In this document: positions 12,727-23,766 of the stretch, in pieces
How the letters are laid out: each line of letters opens with the position of its first letter
Position numbering within the stretch: position 1 is the first letter of the stretch
Assembly (NCBI GenBank): GCA_973895155.1
Contig: OZ316896.1
Span: 16,347,752 to 16,411,751, forward strand
Length of the DNA: 64,000 bases
Reading direction: 5' to 3'
Source: Marsupella aquatica
Taxonomy: Eukaryota; Plantae; Marchantiophyta
Position numbers and translations under genes: made by a program
The notes under the pieces: model-generated
What the model was told of the DNA's origin: nothing
Databases searched by the model: none
The model's input: only the letters and a program-made list of their open reading frames with translations

Positions 12727-15230
12727 ATGACTTCAAGAAAGCTTGCAGCGCCGAAGTTTGAGGTGGAGAAGTTTGACGGGAAGGTCAGCTTCAGCCTCTG
12801 GACTCGAAAGGTGACCAATATGTTGATCCAGCAAGGTCTTGAGAAGACCCTCACTGGAGTGAAACCCTCGAATCTAACAGATGAGAAGTGGGAGGACATT
12901 CAGTGCAGGCATGTAGCACAATTGAGTTGTTCTTGGCAAACAACATTCTCAAGAACGTGTTGGGGATGGATCGGAATGCCAAGAAGATCTGGGATATGCT
13001 TACTCAGCTATACCAGAGTACTTCGTTGACTACTCGCATTTATCACTTGGAGCGGCTGTTCAGGTTGAAGTTGAAGGATGGTGGCAACATGCGTGATCAC
13101 CTCAGTCTCTTCGATGAGATTGTGCACGAGGTGACCACGGTAGGAGACAAGTTGACCGATGAGTATCTTGCAATGCATTTGTTGATGTTGCTTCCTCAGA
13201 CCTATTCAACATTGGTGACGGTCATCACACATGACAAGTCTACGTTGAAATTGGATGAGGTGAAGGCTACCGTTCTTGCAGAATGGGGCAAGCGACAACT
13301 TTCTGGCCGTGACAATGAGTCTGCTGCCTTAGTGGTTAGAGGCAGATCGACGGAGCGTACTACGGATCAGTCTAGATCTAAATCACATAGTAGATCTAAA
13401 TCTAAGTCCCGTAGTAAGAAAGTTCAGTGTTGGCATTGCCATGAGAAGGGCCACACCAAGTGGAATTGTCCTTCTCTATCGAAGCAGAAGCGTCCTGCTT
13501 CCAATGGTGCGTCCTCATCGTCGGCTGGTATTGTGATTGCTGATAATGAGGATGCTGCTGAAGTGCTATGTATTGGTGCAGTGAATTCTGTGTATGACAA
13601 TAAATGGATGTTGGATTCGGGTTCCTCTTATCACGTGTGTCCAACGCAATCGTATTTCTCCACTTACCAACCTTGTACCGGTACTGTGGAAATCGGAAAT
13701 GGAGTCCGATGTGCGATTGTTGGCATGGGGACTATCAAATTCCGGATGTTTGATGGTGTTGTGCGAGCACTGACGCAAGTCAGACACATACCAGACATCT
13801 CTAAGAATTTGATTTCTCTTGGTGCTTTGCAAGCCGGTGGATCTCATTTCACTGCATGTGATGGTGCGCTCTTTGTCGTCAAAGATGATGTATCTTTGAT
13901 TAAGGCGCTACGTCAGAATAATTTGTACATCTTGGAAGGAGATGTCATTGCTCCTAGAGTGGAGCATGTGGATTTTGTGGTGGAACATTCGGATGCAGCG
14001 GCAACATCTGCTATAGAGTCATCTATGGCTGCTTCAATTGAAGCACCCTCAACATCTAGTCGCACACAAGCCATAGATTTGTGGCATGCACGGTTGGGGC
14101 ACTTGAGTGGTAAAGGATTGGCAGCCTTGGCAAACAGAGATTTGTTGCAAGGCGCTCAATCTGGTAAACTCTCTTTCTATGAAGATTGCATCTTCGGCAA
14201 GCAGAGGAGAGTGAGTTTCAGTTCTAGTTCATACCATTCTCATGAAATTCTTGAGTATGTACATTCGGATGTTTGGGGTCCAGCTCCGGAGCCGTCGTTG
14301 GGTGGAGCCAAATATTTTGTGACGTTTGTAGATGATTACTCTCGAATGTGTTGGTTGTACTACATGAAGGAGAAGTCTCAAGTCTTTGAGATTTTCAAGG
14401 AGTGGAAAGCCATAGTAGAGCTACAAACTGGGAAGGAGTTGAAGTGTGTTCGGTCCGATAACGGTGGCGAGTATAAGTCCAATGAGTTTGATCAATTTGG
14501 TCGGGACCTTGGCCTCAAGCGTCATTACACTGTACCGGAGACCCCGCAACAGAATGGAGTTGCAGAACGGTTGAATCGGACATTATTGGAGAAAGCACGC
14601 AGCATGCTATGTAAGTCCAAATTGCCCAACAACTTTTGGGCTGAAGCTGTCAACCAAGCTGCATACGTCTACAATCTGTCACCGCATAGTAGTAAATTGA
14701 TGCAGACTCCATTTGAGTTGTGGTATAAGAGACCTATTGATTACTCTAGACTCCGAGTTTTTGGTTGTGCTGCCTATGTTCACATTGAGCAGACACACAG
14801 GTCTAAGTTGGATCCCAAGTCTAGGAAATGTATTTTTCTAGGCTTTAGTCCTGGGCAGAAGGGCTATAAATTGTGGGATCCTGTCGATTGCAAGGCAGTT
14901 GTGAGCAGAAATGTTGTTTTTGACGAAGAATGGTTGTCAAGACCCCGGGATATTCAGGAGGAACAGGTGGAGGAACCCACTACGGTGGAGCTTGGTGGTG
15001 ATGAGGAAGCTGCTGGTCCCTCTGGTAGAGGAGCAATTCCTCAACCAAGGCGCTCCACCAAGGCCAATTTTGGCCAACCCCCTGATAGATTTGGTTTTGC
15101 AGATCCTCGTGTTCATGTTGTTGAACATGACGATGATCCCGGTGTTGTTTTGCTTACTGAAGATGGAGACCTTAAAACTAACCCTAGTAAGGCCAAGCTA
15201 ACTATGTCGGGAACTAGAGTCAATTCCTAA
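12727..15230 (+). pseudogene. Copia gag-protease-integrase polyprotein with a frameshift near 12908, truncated before RT
   Basis: KFEVEKFDGKVSFSLW; zinc knuckle CWHCHEKGHTKWNC; protease WMLDSGSSYHVC; LWHARLGH (CxxC changed to YEDC); integrase HSDVWGP, RSDNGGEY, QQNGVAER, QKGYKLWDP. The last ~18 codons derive from inverted LTR sequence. Confidence 0.93.
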
Positions 15231-15430
15231 CAATCTCCACCTTGACTCAAGTTCACACAATGAGTCAGGTGATATACAATATGTAACTAAGTAACATATT
15301 TACATAGTCACTGGTTTGGCCCTAACATTAATAATATCCACACAATGACTAAAGCTACTGGTAGGTAAAACTTTGGTAAGCATGTCTGCCGCATTCTCCT
15401 CTGAAGCCACCTTCTCCAGAAACATCTGCT
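15172..15430 (-). repeat. 259-bp inverted copy of 16025-16283 (RNaseH end, 3' UTR, PPT, first 61 bp of LTR)
   Basis: Base-by-base reverse complement with a single mismatch (15411 C vs 16044 T). Confidence 0.97.
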
Positions 15431-16155
15431 ATGAGAGTGATAGTGAGAGTGATAGACTGGCGATGAAACATGATCCCTATGATAGTGTTATGGGTAGTTT
15501 GATGTATGCAATGACATACACTAGACCTGACATTGCCCATGATGTTAGCATTTTGAGCAGATTTATGGCAAATCCTGGTAAGCTTCACTAGGAAGCAGTG
15601 AAGTGGGTTTTGTGGTATCTGAAAGGTACCTTAGATTGTGAGATCTTATTTGACGGTAAAGCAGACTCTACATTAGAGTTGGAAGGTTTTGTAGATTCAG
15701 ATTATGCTGGTAACTTGGATAACAGAAAGTCTACTACAGGCTATGTGTTTATGTTGGGTGGAGGTTGTATCAGTTGGAAGTCGGCAACTCAATCTTGTGT
15801 TGCGTTGTCTACTACTGAGGCTGAGTACATGGCTGCATGTGAGGCAACCAAGGAGCTGATCTGGCTACGGAGATTGGTGAGTGATCTGGGTCTTTCACCT
15901 GAAAGACCGATGCTGGTGTGCGACAGTCAAAGTGCTTTGCATCTGGCTAAGAACCCTGTGTTTCATGCCAGGACAAAGCACATTGATATTCGTTATCACT
16001 TCATCCGTGAGGTGATTGAGACGAAGCAGATGTTTCTGGAGAATGTGGCTTCAGAGGAGAATGCGGCAGACATGCTTACCAAAGTTTTACCTACCAGTAG
16101 CTTTAGTCATTGTGTGGATATTATTAATGTTAGGGCCAAACCAGTGACTATGTAA
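15431..16155 (+). pseudogene. Copia RT C-terminal remnant + RNase H, with an in-frame TAG at 15589
   Basis: PYDSVMGSLMYAM..TRPDIA..NPGKLH*EAVKW; GFVDSDYAG, STTEAEY, CDSQSA, FHARTKHIDIRYHF, NAADMLTK. Confidence 0.92.
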
Positions 16156-16211
16156 ATATGTTACTTAGTTACATATTGTATATCACCTGACTCATTGTGT
16201 GAACTTGAGTC

Positions 16212-16221
16212 AAGGTGGAGA
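16212..16221 (+). promoter_or_regulatory. Polypurine tract
   Basis: AAGGTGGAGA immediately before the 3' LTR. Confidence 0.85.
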
Positions 16222-16222
16222 T

Positions 16223-16517
16223 TGTTAGGAATTGACTCTAGTTCCCGACATAGTTAGCTTGGCCTTACTAGGGTTAGTTTTAACCCTAGATTACATTAGG
16301 ATAAGATCCGCTTAGTTTAGGCTCACTCATCTTGGCCCCCTTGGGGGGTATAGGCTGGAGGGAGAGCACTCTCTCCCTCATTCTTCACATGTATTCTCAT
16401 TTGCTATGGAGCCTTCAAGAGTTTCTCCACTCGGGGTGTCTCGTCGGTGTAGCGTCTGATTGAGTGTCTCTCATGTTTCCGCATTGCTGTCTAGTCCGGA
16501 GCCGACGGTTTCTTACA
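16223..16517 (+). repeat. 3' LTR, 295 bp
   Basis: Direct repeat of 10783-11077, followed by TSD TTCTT. Confidence 0.97.
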
Positions 16518-17123
16518 TTCTTTACTCTAGAAGCCTAGACCTCAACTTTGGCTTCCCCTTGGCACTTTATAAGTAAGATTTTTTTTTGACACACCCTATT
16601 GTCTTTGGCAATGGGCACGCTGGGGCAATGGGCAGTACTGAGCTATAGCCATATCTCAAGTCTTGTCAAACCAAGATGTATGTTTGGGTGTATGTTGGAC
16701 CATTGGAACATCCCAATGGGATACTTGTCCATAAAATAGGCAGTTGACAAGCTACCCATCATCCATGGCCACAGCTTGTGGTTGTGAAAGTCTCCCATAC
16801 TACCAAGAGTAGTTTTTTTATGACCATTGACACATCTAGGAGGCCAGGGCCCTAATTAGAACCCTCTAAAGTATCCAGGATGTACCACAGGATCTTGTGC
16901 TATTGACCAAGATAAGTCACTTAAACAGTGACAACAAAGTGGCATTGTAGTAATTTAAACAAGATAATGTGTAATCCCACTTTTTCTTTCTCCTGGTCCA
17001 TTTACAAAATGTGGGGAAGACTCTCTGGTGGTTTGATTATATAAGTTTTTTCCTAACCATGACATGGGCCTAAATGTACCACTATTCACCTTGTCCATGC
17101 CCAGCCTGTCACTCTTGCCATTT

Positions 17124-17761
17124 GGCCTCATTCACAATTGGGTGTACCTTGCAGGAACCACTTTCAGGACTCAAAAACATGCTTTTTTAGTGAAAAATGA
17201 CTTTCGTAACATGGAAAAAGGTTCATCATGATTTTATCTCAAGACATTTAAGTCTAATTTTTTCACAAGACTATTTTGCATGGTGTAACCTACCTCACCG
17301 TGTAGATACATCAAAGTTTCAACTGTTTTAAGGGATCCTGTTATTGATGGCCCTAAATAAGCCAAAATTACTGATTATTTTTGTCCTGTATATAAAGGTT
17401 TATTGTGTGTCACTATTTAAGTTTTGAAATATAAGATTATGCTATTAGTATGCATGCTTTGGTAAAATTTCATTATCTAAAATGCATTTTTTAGAGTCCT
17501 TTTGAGTCCTGAAATGATGTGACCCGTTGCGTGACAAGTCCTTTTATCAATCTTTGAAAGACATATAAGGAAAGCTTCAAAGTCTCAAATGCTAGATAGT
17601 TTAATGAATGATACCAACCTATAGGATGTTTATTAAGTATAGTACATCAAATTTTCTATATCATCTCATTACACCCTAAAAATGATATCCTAAAGCATAA
17701 TAAACTATGGTCACTTTTGAGTGTGACGTTCCTTTTGGGTCCTCCAATTGTGAATGAGGCC
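17124..17761. mobile_element. MITE with 18-bp perfect TIRs and 4-bp ATTT TSD (Sola1-like signature; superfamily uncertain)
   Basis: ATTT|GGCCTCATTCACAATTGG ... CCAATTGTGAATGAGGCC|ATTT. Confidence 0.8.
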
Positions 17762-19440
17762 ATTTGCACACTCCTTGGAATCCACTTGTTAGACCAACTC
17801 ACGGACTACCTGGCCATCCCACTTATGCTCAGATACACTACCACTTAGCATCACTTACTGTTGACAATATTGTGCAATGCACCAACATTGCTCTAGTTAA
17901 TCTAACATAGATGGCAAGTCATGCACAACAAATGAATGTGGTTGTGATAGTCTCCCATTGTGACACTATAGGAATTAAAGCCCAGCCAAAAAAATTGACA
18001 AGGCTTAAACAAAAAGATTTTAACAGGTAATAGTAAAACCCAGCTAAAAAACAAGGTTGCCAAGGTGCAGGGGCTTGATGGTGCTGCCAGACTAGTCCAT
18101 GGGAACATAGTACACAAGCACAGCCAGGTTATTTGTTCTTTATCAGGCTGTATGGAGGTTGTAGTTAGGCAGTAATGAACATATGTTTCAACCTGGTCGT
18201 TGTCTGACTTCTGACTTGGGTTCTGTGCTCTCAGAGGTGGCAAACCACCTACTGGCTGTTGGACATCGCATGCCGTTTGGGCTGAATCATACGCATCTGC
18301 TCGATCAGGCTAAGGGATGTATTGATGTCCAGCGTAGGTTCTGGCTGTCACGTGGTTGCAAACAAGATTACTTAAGGCAGGGTCTGAATGGGCTTTGAGG
18401 GTTTAGTCTCGCTGTGGGCTTGTCATGCCCTGCCCCGGTGTGAGCCGGCCGGGGGTGATGGTGCCTGCCCTTGTTACCTGCTATCATGGTTGGTCAAATT
18501 CTTTTTTTTTAATTCTTTTTATTTTTTTTGGGGGGGGGTGACATGTTTCCCCTCCTTTTTTTTTTGTCTTGAAAATCTAAAGCAGACCCATCCAACAGAG
18601 TATAGAGGATAGGCGTCCTGCTGTGGAGCATGCAATTCTATGAAGGGTTGCTTCCCCTCTTTTGCCCATGATGGTTTTCTAGCTCCAGTGTTGGGTTGTG
18701 TCTGTTGTTCCCTTTTATTGAGCGGCTTGTTTGCCCCTATCCACGGCTGATTTACATAAAAGAAAATATATTCCATGGAAAACACGCCTACAAATTATTC
18801 TCTGGGGAAAAAAAAAAAATTCATTCTAAGAGGTAAGAAAGAATGGTAAAAACTAAAAAGTACTGAAGTGAAAAGGGCAGAGGCGGAGGGAGGAAGAAGC
18901 TTCGCAGTCTCCGTATGATTTGTCTGCGCTCCTCGGTCCAATCTAAAGGCAAAGATCGTGCGAAGGGAATTTGCGCACAGACTAAATTCGTCCACAGTGA
19001 CGAACGGAACGACACTCCACTTTGCTGGAAGCGCAAACTTCAAGTTTGGGCTGATAGTAATGGCGGAAGTGAGGCGAGGAGACAGAGCTCACTGCTGTTC
19101 TGCCCGGTAACGCCTCTCACAAGCCAGAGAGCGGAGAGAGCCACACACGTTGCCTTGCTTTTGAGAGAAAGCCGATCGGTACCTCCTTGGATTGGAATTG
19201 AACTTCGGATTGTGTGAGAGAAGCAGGAGCGCTCCTACGGCGCAGGATTGATTTCGTCGCAGAGCAGAGCAGAGGAGAGCAGAGGAGAGGAGAGGAGAGT
19301 ATGCTACAGTTAGAATGAGAAGCTCGATTTTGTGGGTTGATGCGCAGGGAGGTGGAATCTTCCGCTTGTGACGCTCTGATCTAGTCGTATCAACGACGGG
19401 CCGAATTGAATCCCCACCCCGCACCTCAAAGATTGCATGA

Positions 19441-22400
19441 ATGCGGGTGCGCAGAGGAGAGGAGAGCTTGGTCAACTCGACGACGCTCAGTCCGGACATA
19501 ACGGAGAGCGCTGCGAAGAGAAGGTGTCTGGATACGGAGGCTACGCCTGGCGTTAAGGCCATGGCGCAGCGCAACAAAAAATATGACCGTCAACTGCGGT
19601 ACCGACCTCCCTCGCTCGTCTCGTACAATCCTTCGCCCACTGTGCGTTGCTTGAAAAATTAGGGCAATGTGTCGAATCTCTTAGCCACTTGTTCCAATTT
19701 CCTTTCTTTGCAGAATATGGGGAGAGCAGGGGCAGGAAGCATTGGAGCAAGCCAACATCTGCGTTCTGAACGTTGGGCCGACGGGATCCGAAGCCCTGAA
19801 AAATCTTGTCCTGGGCGGAATTGGCTCTTTCACGATTGTGGATGGCTCTACCGTTGAGGAAGCCGATTTGGGAAACAACTTTTTGGGCAAGTTCGACGCT
19901 CCTCTCCAAATTCTCTTGTCTGTTTGTGAAAATGAAATGAGCTTGTGAGTGTTTATTGTGAGAATTGTATGCGAAGGAAAATGATTGTGGATGTTTGGCA
20001 TATTCATTACAGTTGAGTTGGAGAGTCTGGGTTGTCGGAAAGCGTCGACAGTTTCCGCGCTCATGCACGAACTAAATGAGACTGTTACTGCCAAATTCGT
20101 GGAGGAATCACCGGAGACTATTATCAAGTCCAATCCGGCCTTTTTTGCCCAGTTTACAATGGTCATTGCAACCCAGGTGATTTGGCCCGCCTTCACTAGT
20201 CAGGCAATTGGTTAGGGTTTAGCTGAGATTTGGCTGGATAGTTCAGTTGAGTACATTGCTGGCTTTTGCTCATCTGCTGATTTTCGGGTCTACACACTAG
20301 AACAGTTTTGTTATGAAGTCCTGATTTAAGACGGTGCTCCTACTGATTGCTTATTTCTCTGAAGACTCTTTCTTAATGACACGCTGCTAAGCTTGTAGGG
20401 TTGATGTGTGTGACTCGAAGTCGACTGCAGATGCCAGAGAGTACCTTAGTTAAGTTGGATGAAATATGCAGGCAGCACAATGTGATATTGCTCATTGCGC
20501 GGTCATATGGATTAGTGGGACATGTGCGGATCAGTATGAAGGTAGGTGCTCGTCTTTGTTTGGTTGTATAATGAATGGAAGTTGTGTGTAGGGAAAGACA
20601 GCATTACTAGCAACCTGACTCTACGCTAAGGTGAATAAAAAGTGAGCTAGAAATCTATTGCAGTTGGAGAATGAAATCAGGGAATCATCTCATCATACCT
20701 TTCAAATCATCCATCGCCCTACACAATTCTTGTGAATGTATTCACGGGTGTTTCGTTTTGGCGTGCAGGAGCACGATGTGATTGAATCCAAACCAGATAG
20801 CAGAGTGGAAGATCTTAGGTTGCATAAGCCATGGCCAGAATTGAAGAGGTACCTTTTATTATTCAACTCGTTTTGAATTGAAAACATACCTGACGTTGGT
20901 GATTGTGTGTATCAGAAACTAAGGAAGTCTCTGAGTACTGCATTTATTGCCTTATTGAGAATACATGTATGTATAGAAGATCAGGTTTTAACTGGCTGGG
21001 AAAGACATGAGTCTGTCACTCTAGCTGGAGGGTACCATTTCTGCATAGATTCACTGATGCTCTTTGTGCATTGTAGGTTGGTTGATGAATTTGATGTGGA
21101 TACCAAAGATCCACATGTTCACCAACACATCCCATTTGGCATCATCTTGATCAAGATAGCTGAGGATTGGAAAGCTGCACATGGTGGTCAGCTACCATCC
21201 AGATTGAGGGAGTTGAAGGTATGTGAATTTAAAATTTTTTTAATAGCTTATCCGGAAATTGCCACAGTGGAGTAGGTACGGAGAAGGTTAGGTGTGGGTG
21301 CCACTCTGATGCGCGAAATTTAGAGTCCACCCAGAGGACCAGTGTAATGAAATATCGGATCACTTTCTCGTAGTAACTTACTTGCCCTGGCGATCAGGAT
21401 GCAGTCAATGCAAGAAAGAAGACAGAAGAGGAGGACAACTATAAGGAAGCTCTGAAGGCCTCGTATCTGGTTACATCTCCCCCGGCTATTAGTATGTACT
21501 TCCAACCCCAAAAGGAAGTAGATTTCCTAGTTGGTAAAATAGATGTGGCTTTTAAAGAGGGCGTACGAGAGAGTTATGTTTTATACTTTTTGAGGAGCAA
21601 ATTTTGATGCAAATTGTTTTACATAGTGTGGATACACTTACGAAGATCTTAATGGGGTAGTCTCATAGTCGCTCTGTCCTCGAGTGAACAGCATCAGTAG
21701 TGTTAGGGTTTCTCAGACAAAAAATGAGGTGCAGCCTAGCAAGTCCGTCACTTGTCAGCATCTCAATTTCATATTTGGTGATTGTAGGCTCTGGCTGGTT
21801 GTCACTTACTCGGATAGTCACGGTAGTTCCAGTGTTGTATATAATTCTGTGATTCGAGTTGCCATCAAAAACTCTATTGCAATGATAGGTTACTTTAAGT
21901 TCTGACATGCATGCACTGGATAATGACCTTCGCAGAACCTGAACTGTTGTCGGTCTTAAATGATAAGTCTGCTGAAGTGGATTCAACTTCATCCAATTTT
22001 TGGGTGATGGTTGCTGCTTTAAAGGTCAGGGATTGTCCCGACTGGCAAAAAGTTTTTATCTAATTTCCACAGTCTTGATTGTAGAAGCAATTGACTTCCA
22101 GAATTTGGAATTAGCAGCAACGACAGTGATGGAATCCGTCAATCTTAGTGATCTCAATCACTATTTAGAGCATGTATCATCATACCTGTCAATACAATTT
22201 TCTTATCTCACCTTTGGGTCTGTTTTGGATTTTCAGCTTTTTATGGAGAATGAAGGCCAAGGAGCGCCCCCCCTTGATGGATCTCTTCCTGATATGCACT
22301 CATTTACAGAGTGAGTTGTTTTCTGGCATTTAATTAGCACTCTGACTGGGCATCGAAATCTTCTGTATAGAAGTTGACCTCTCAAATTCGCTGATGGTAA

Positions 22401-23766
22401 GAAAGTGAGTGTATCTGCAGCTACTATATTCGCTTGCAAAGAGTGTACCAGGCTCGTGCAGAAGCGGATGCATCTGCAGTGGAGGCAAGAATTAGAAGCA
22501 TCCTGAAGGAGATTGGCAGGGCCCCAGATTCCATCTCAAAGTTGGCAATCAAACATTTTTGCAAGAACGCTAGAAATTTGCGTGTAGGTTACGATTCCAA
22601 GTCCACGATCTTGTCAAGTTGACGCTCTTCAAGGCTACGTGTATTTTTAGTGTCCAGGTTTCGTCGCAGGTTAGCTCACTTGATTTACATTTCCTGAATT
22701 ATGATGTTTTAACTAACTTGGTTGATAGACAACAAGATAAATGCGGCGTTTTTCTCTTTTCAGGTTTTACGGTATTCAACCCTTGCGGATGAATTTAGCT
22801 CCCAAAGTAGTCCTGGGCTTCAAAAGCTGGCAGCTGAAGAAGATAGCGGGTATCTTGACTGTCAAGCCCTTACAACTTGACGGTTGTCGAGTCAATCAAC
22901 TTGAAGAATGTTCTGTTTATTTTCTTAAAATGAGGCAAAATCAGACTCGCTTCTGATGTAAGATCATAATATCTCATATGAGAACTTTTCTGCATCAAGG
23001 GTAACTCGAATGGTTTGTCTAATGTTGTTCCCTTGATGGACTTTATTGCAGCAATGTTGCGCTATATTTTCTTCTCCGGGCTGTGGATCATTTTGCTGCA
23101 TCCTACAATAGATATCCTGGCATTCTAGACAGGTATTTCCAAACGTGTGTTTGAAAGTTACGTAATTATTTTTTACTTCGGAGTGCCAAGATGTAGGATG
23201 CGTTTATATGTATAATCAAGGAAAAACCTAATTTTCTGGACAACTTGAGGTATGATACATTGTCCGAATGAATCCGTCAAAACTTAGTTATATAAGTGAG
23301 CCGAAGTTCTAAATTGTATGCAGCGTAGTGGCTGTACATATGTGAGTTCCACTTTTCTGATAGAATCGGATCGTCAAGTGTTGCAGGGAACTTGAGGAGG
23401 ATGTTTCCAGACTGAAGAATGTGGCAGTGAGGTTACTGAGTGACATGAGCATTTCCGGGGTCAGCCTTCCTGAAGATCTAATTTACGAGTTGTGCAGATT
23501 TGGGGCAGCTGAGCTGCATTGTGTGGCAGCAGTAATCGGGGGCATTGCTGCACAGGAGGCCATCAAGGTACACATACTGTAAGCATTAGATGTCTTTGAT
23601 TCTATAATTTCCGTGAGGTCCGACGGATGGCGGTTCATGAGTCACCATTAGTCTGACTTTCAAAATGTCTTGTTTGTGACAGATTTTGACAAGACAATTC
23701 CTACCGATCAGTGGACCATTAATCTATAATGCACTAAGTGCGACTTCCCTAGTCTTAAATTTGTAG
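19441..23766 (+). CDS. AXR1: NEDD8/RUB-activating enzyme E1 regulatory subunit (AXR1/NAE1/APP-BP1), 14 exons
   Basis: Exons: 19441(or 19561)-19598, 19714-19886, 20013-20176, 20431-20541, 20769-20848, 21077-21218, 21398-21491, 21936-22024, 22237-22310, 22421-22583, 22764-22849, 23052-23132, 23387-23567, 23683-23766. Motifs [77 protein letters not shown]. Confidence 0.95.

Larger units (their letters stand above)
10783..16517 (+). mobile_element. Ty1/Copia LTR retrotransposon (Tnt1-like), RT core deleted and replaced by an inverted duplication; non-autonomous
   Basis: TG..CA LTRs, 5-bp TSD TTCTT (10778-82, 16518-22), PBS, PPT, domain order gag-PR-IN-(RT end)-RNaseH. Confidence 0.97.
10558..16578 (-). 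mobile_element. Helitron-like family A copy interrupted by the Copia insertion (pieces 10558-10782 and 16523-16578)
   Basis: The left piece matches 9252-9470. The right piece resumes TACTCTAGAAGCCTAGACC and ends TATAAGTAAGA|T (minus-strand A|TCTTAC). Confidence 0.6.

Noticed and set aside
18190-18510. Possible telomerase RNA (minus-strand CTAAACCCT at 18400-18408) or other Pol III RNA
   Set aside because: No USE/TATA promoter or U/A-rich pseudoknot tracts are seen, and the T-run is on the wrong strand. No 7SL, MRP or U3 motifs are present. It may be a decayed LINE 3' end (EVANHLLAVGH is weakly RNaseH-like), but that is too weak to call.
19553-20196. 171-aa antisense ORFs over AXR1, and similar antisense ORFs over the BTB, PDF1A, CDA and AWPM-19 genes
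   Set aside because: Shadow frames of real exons with no recognisable domains.
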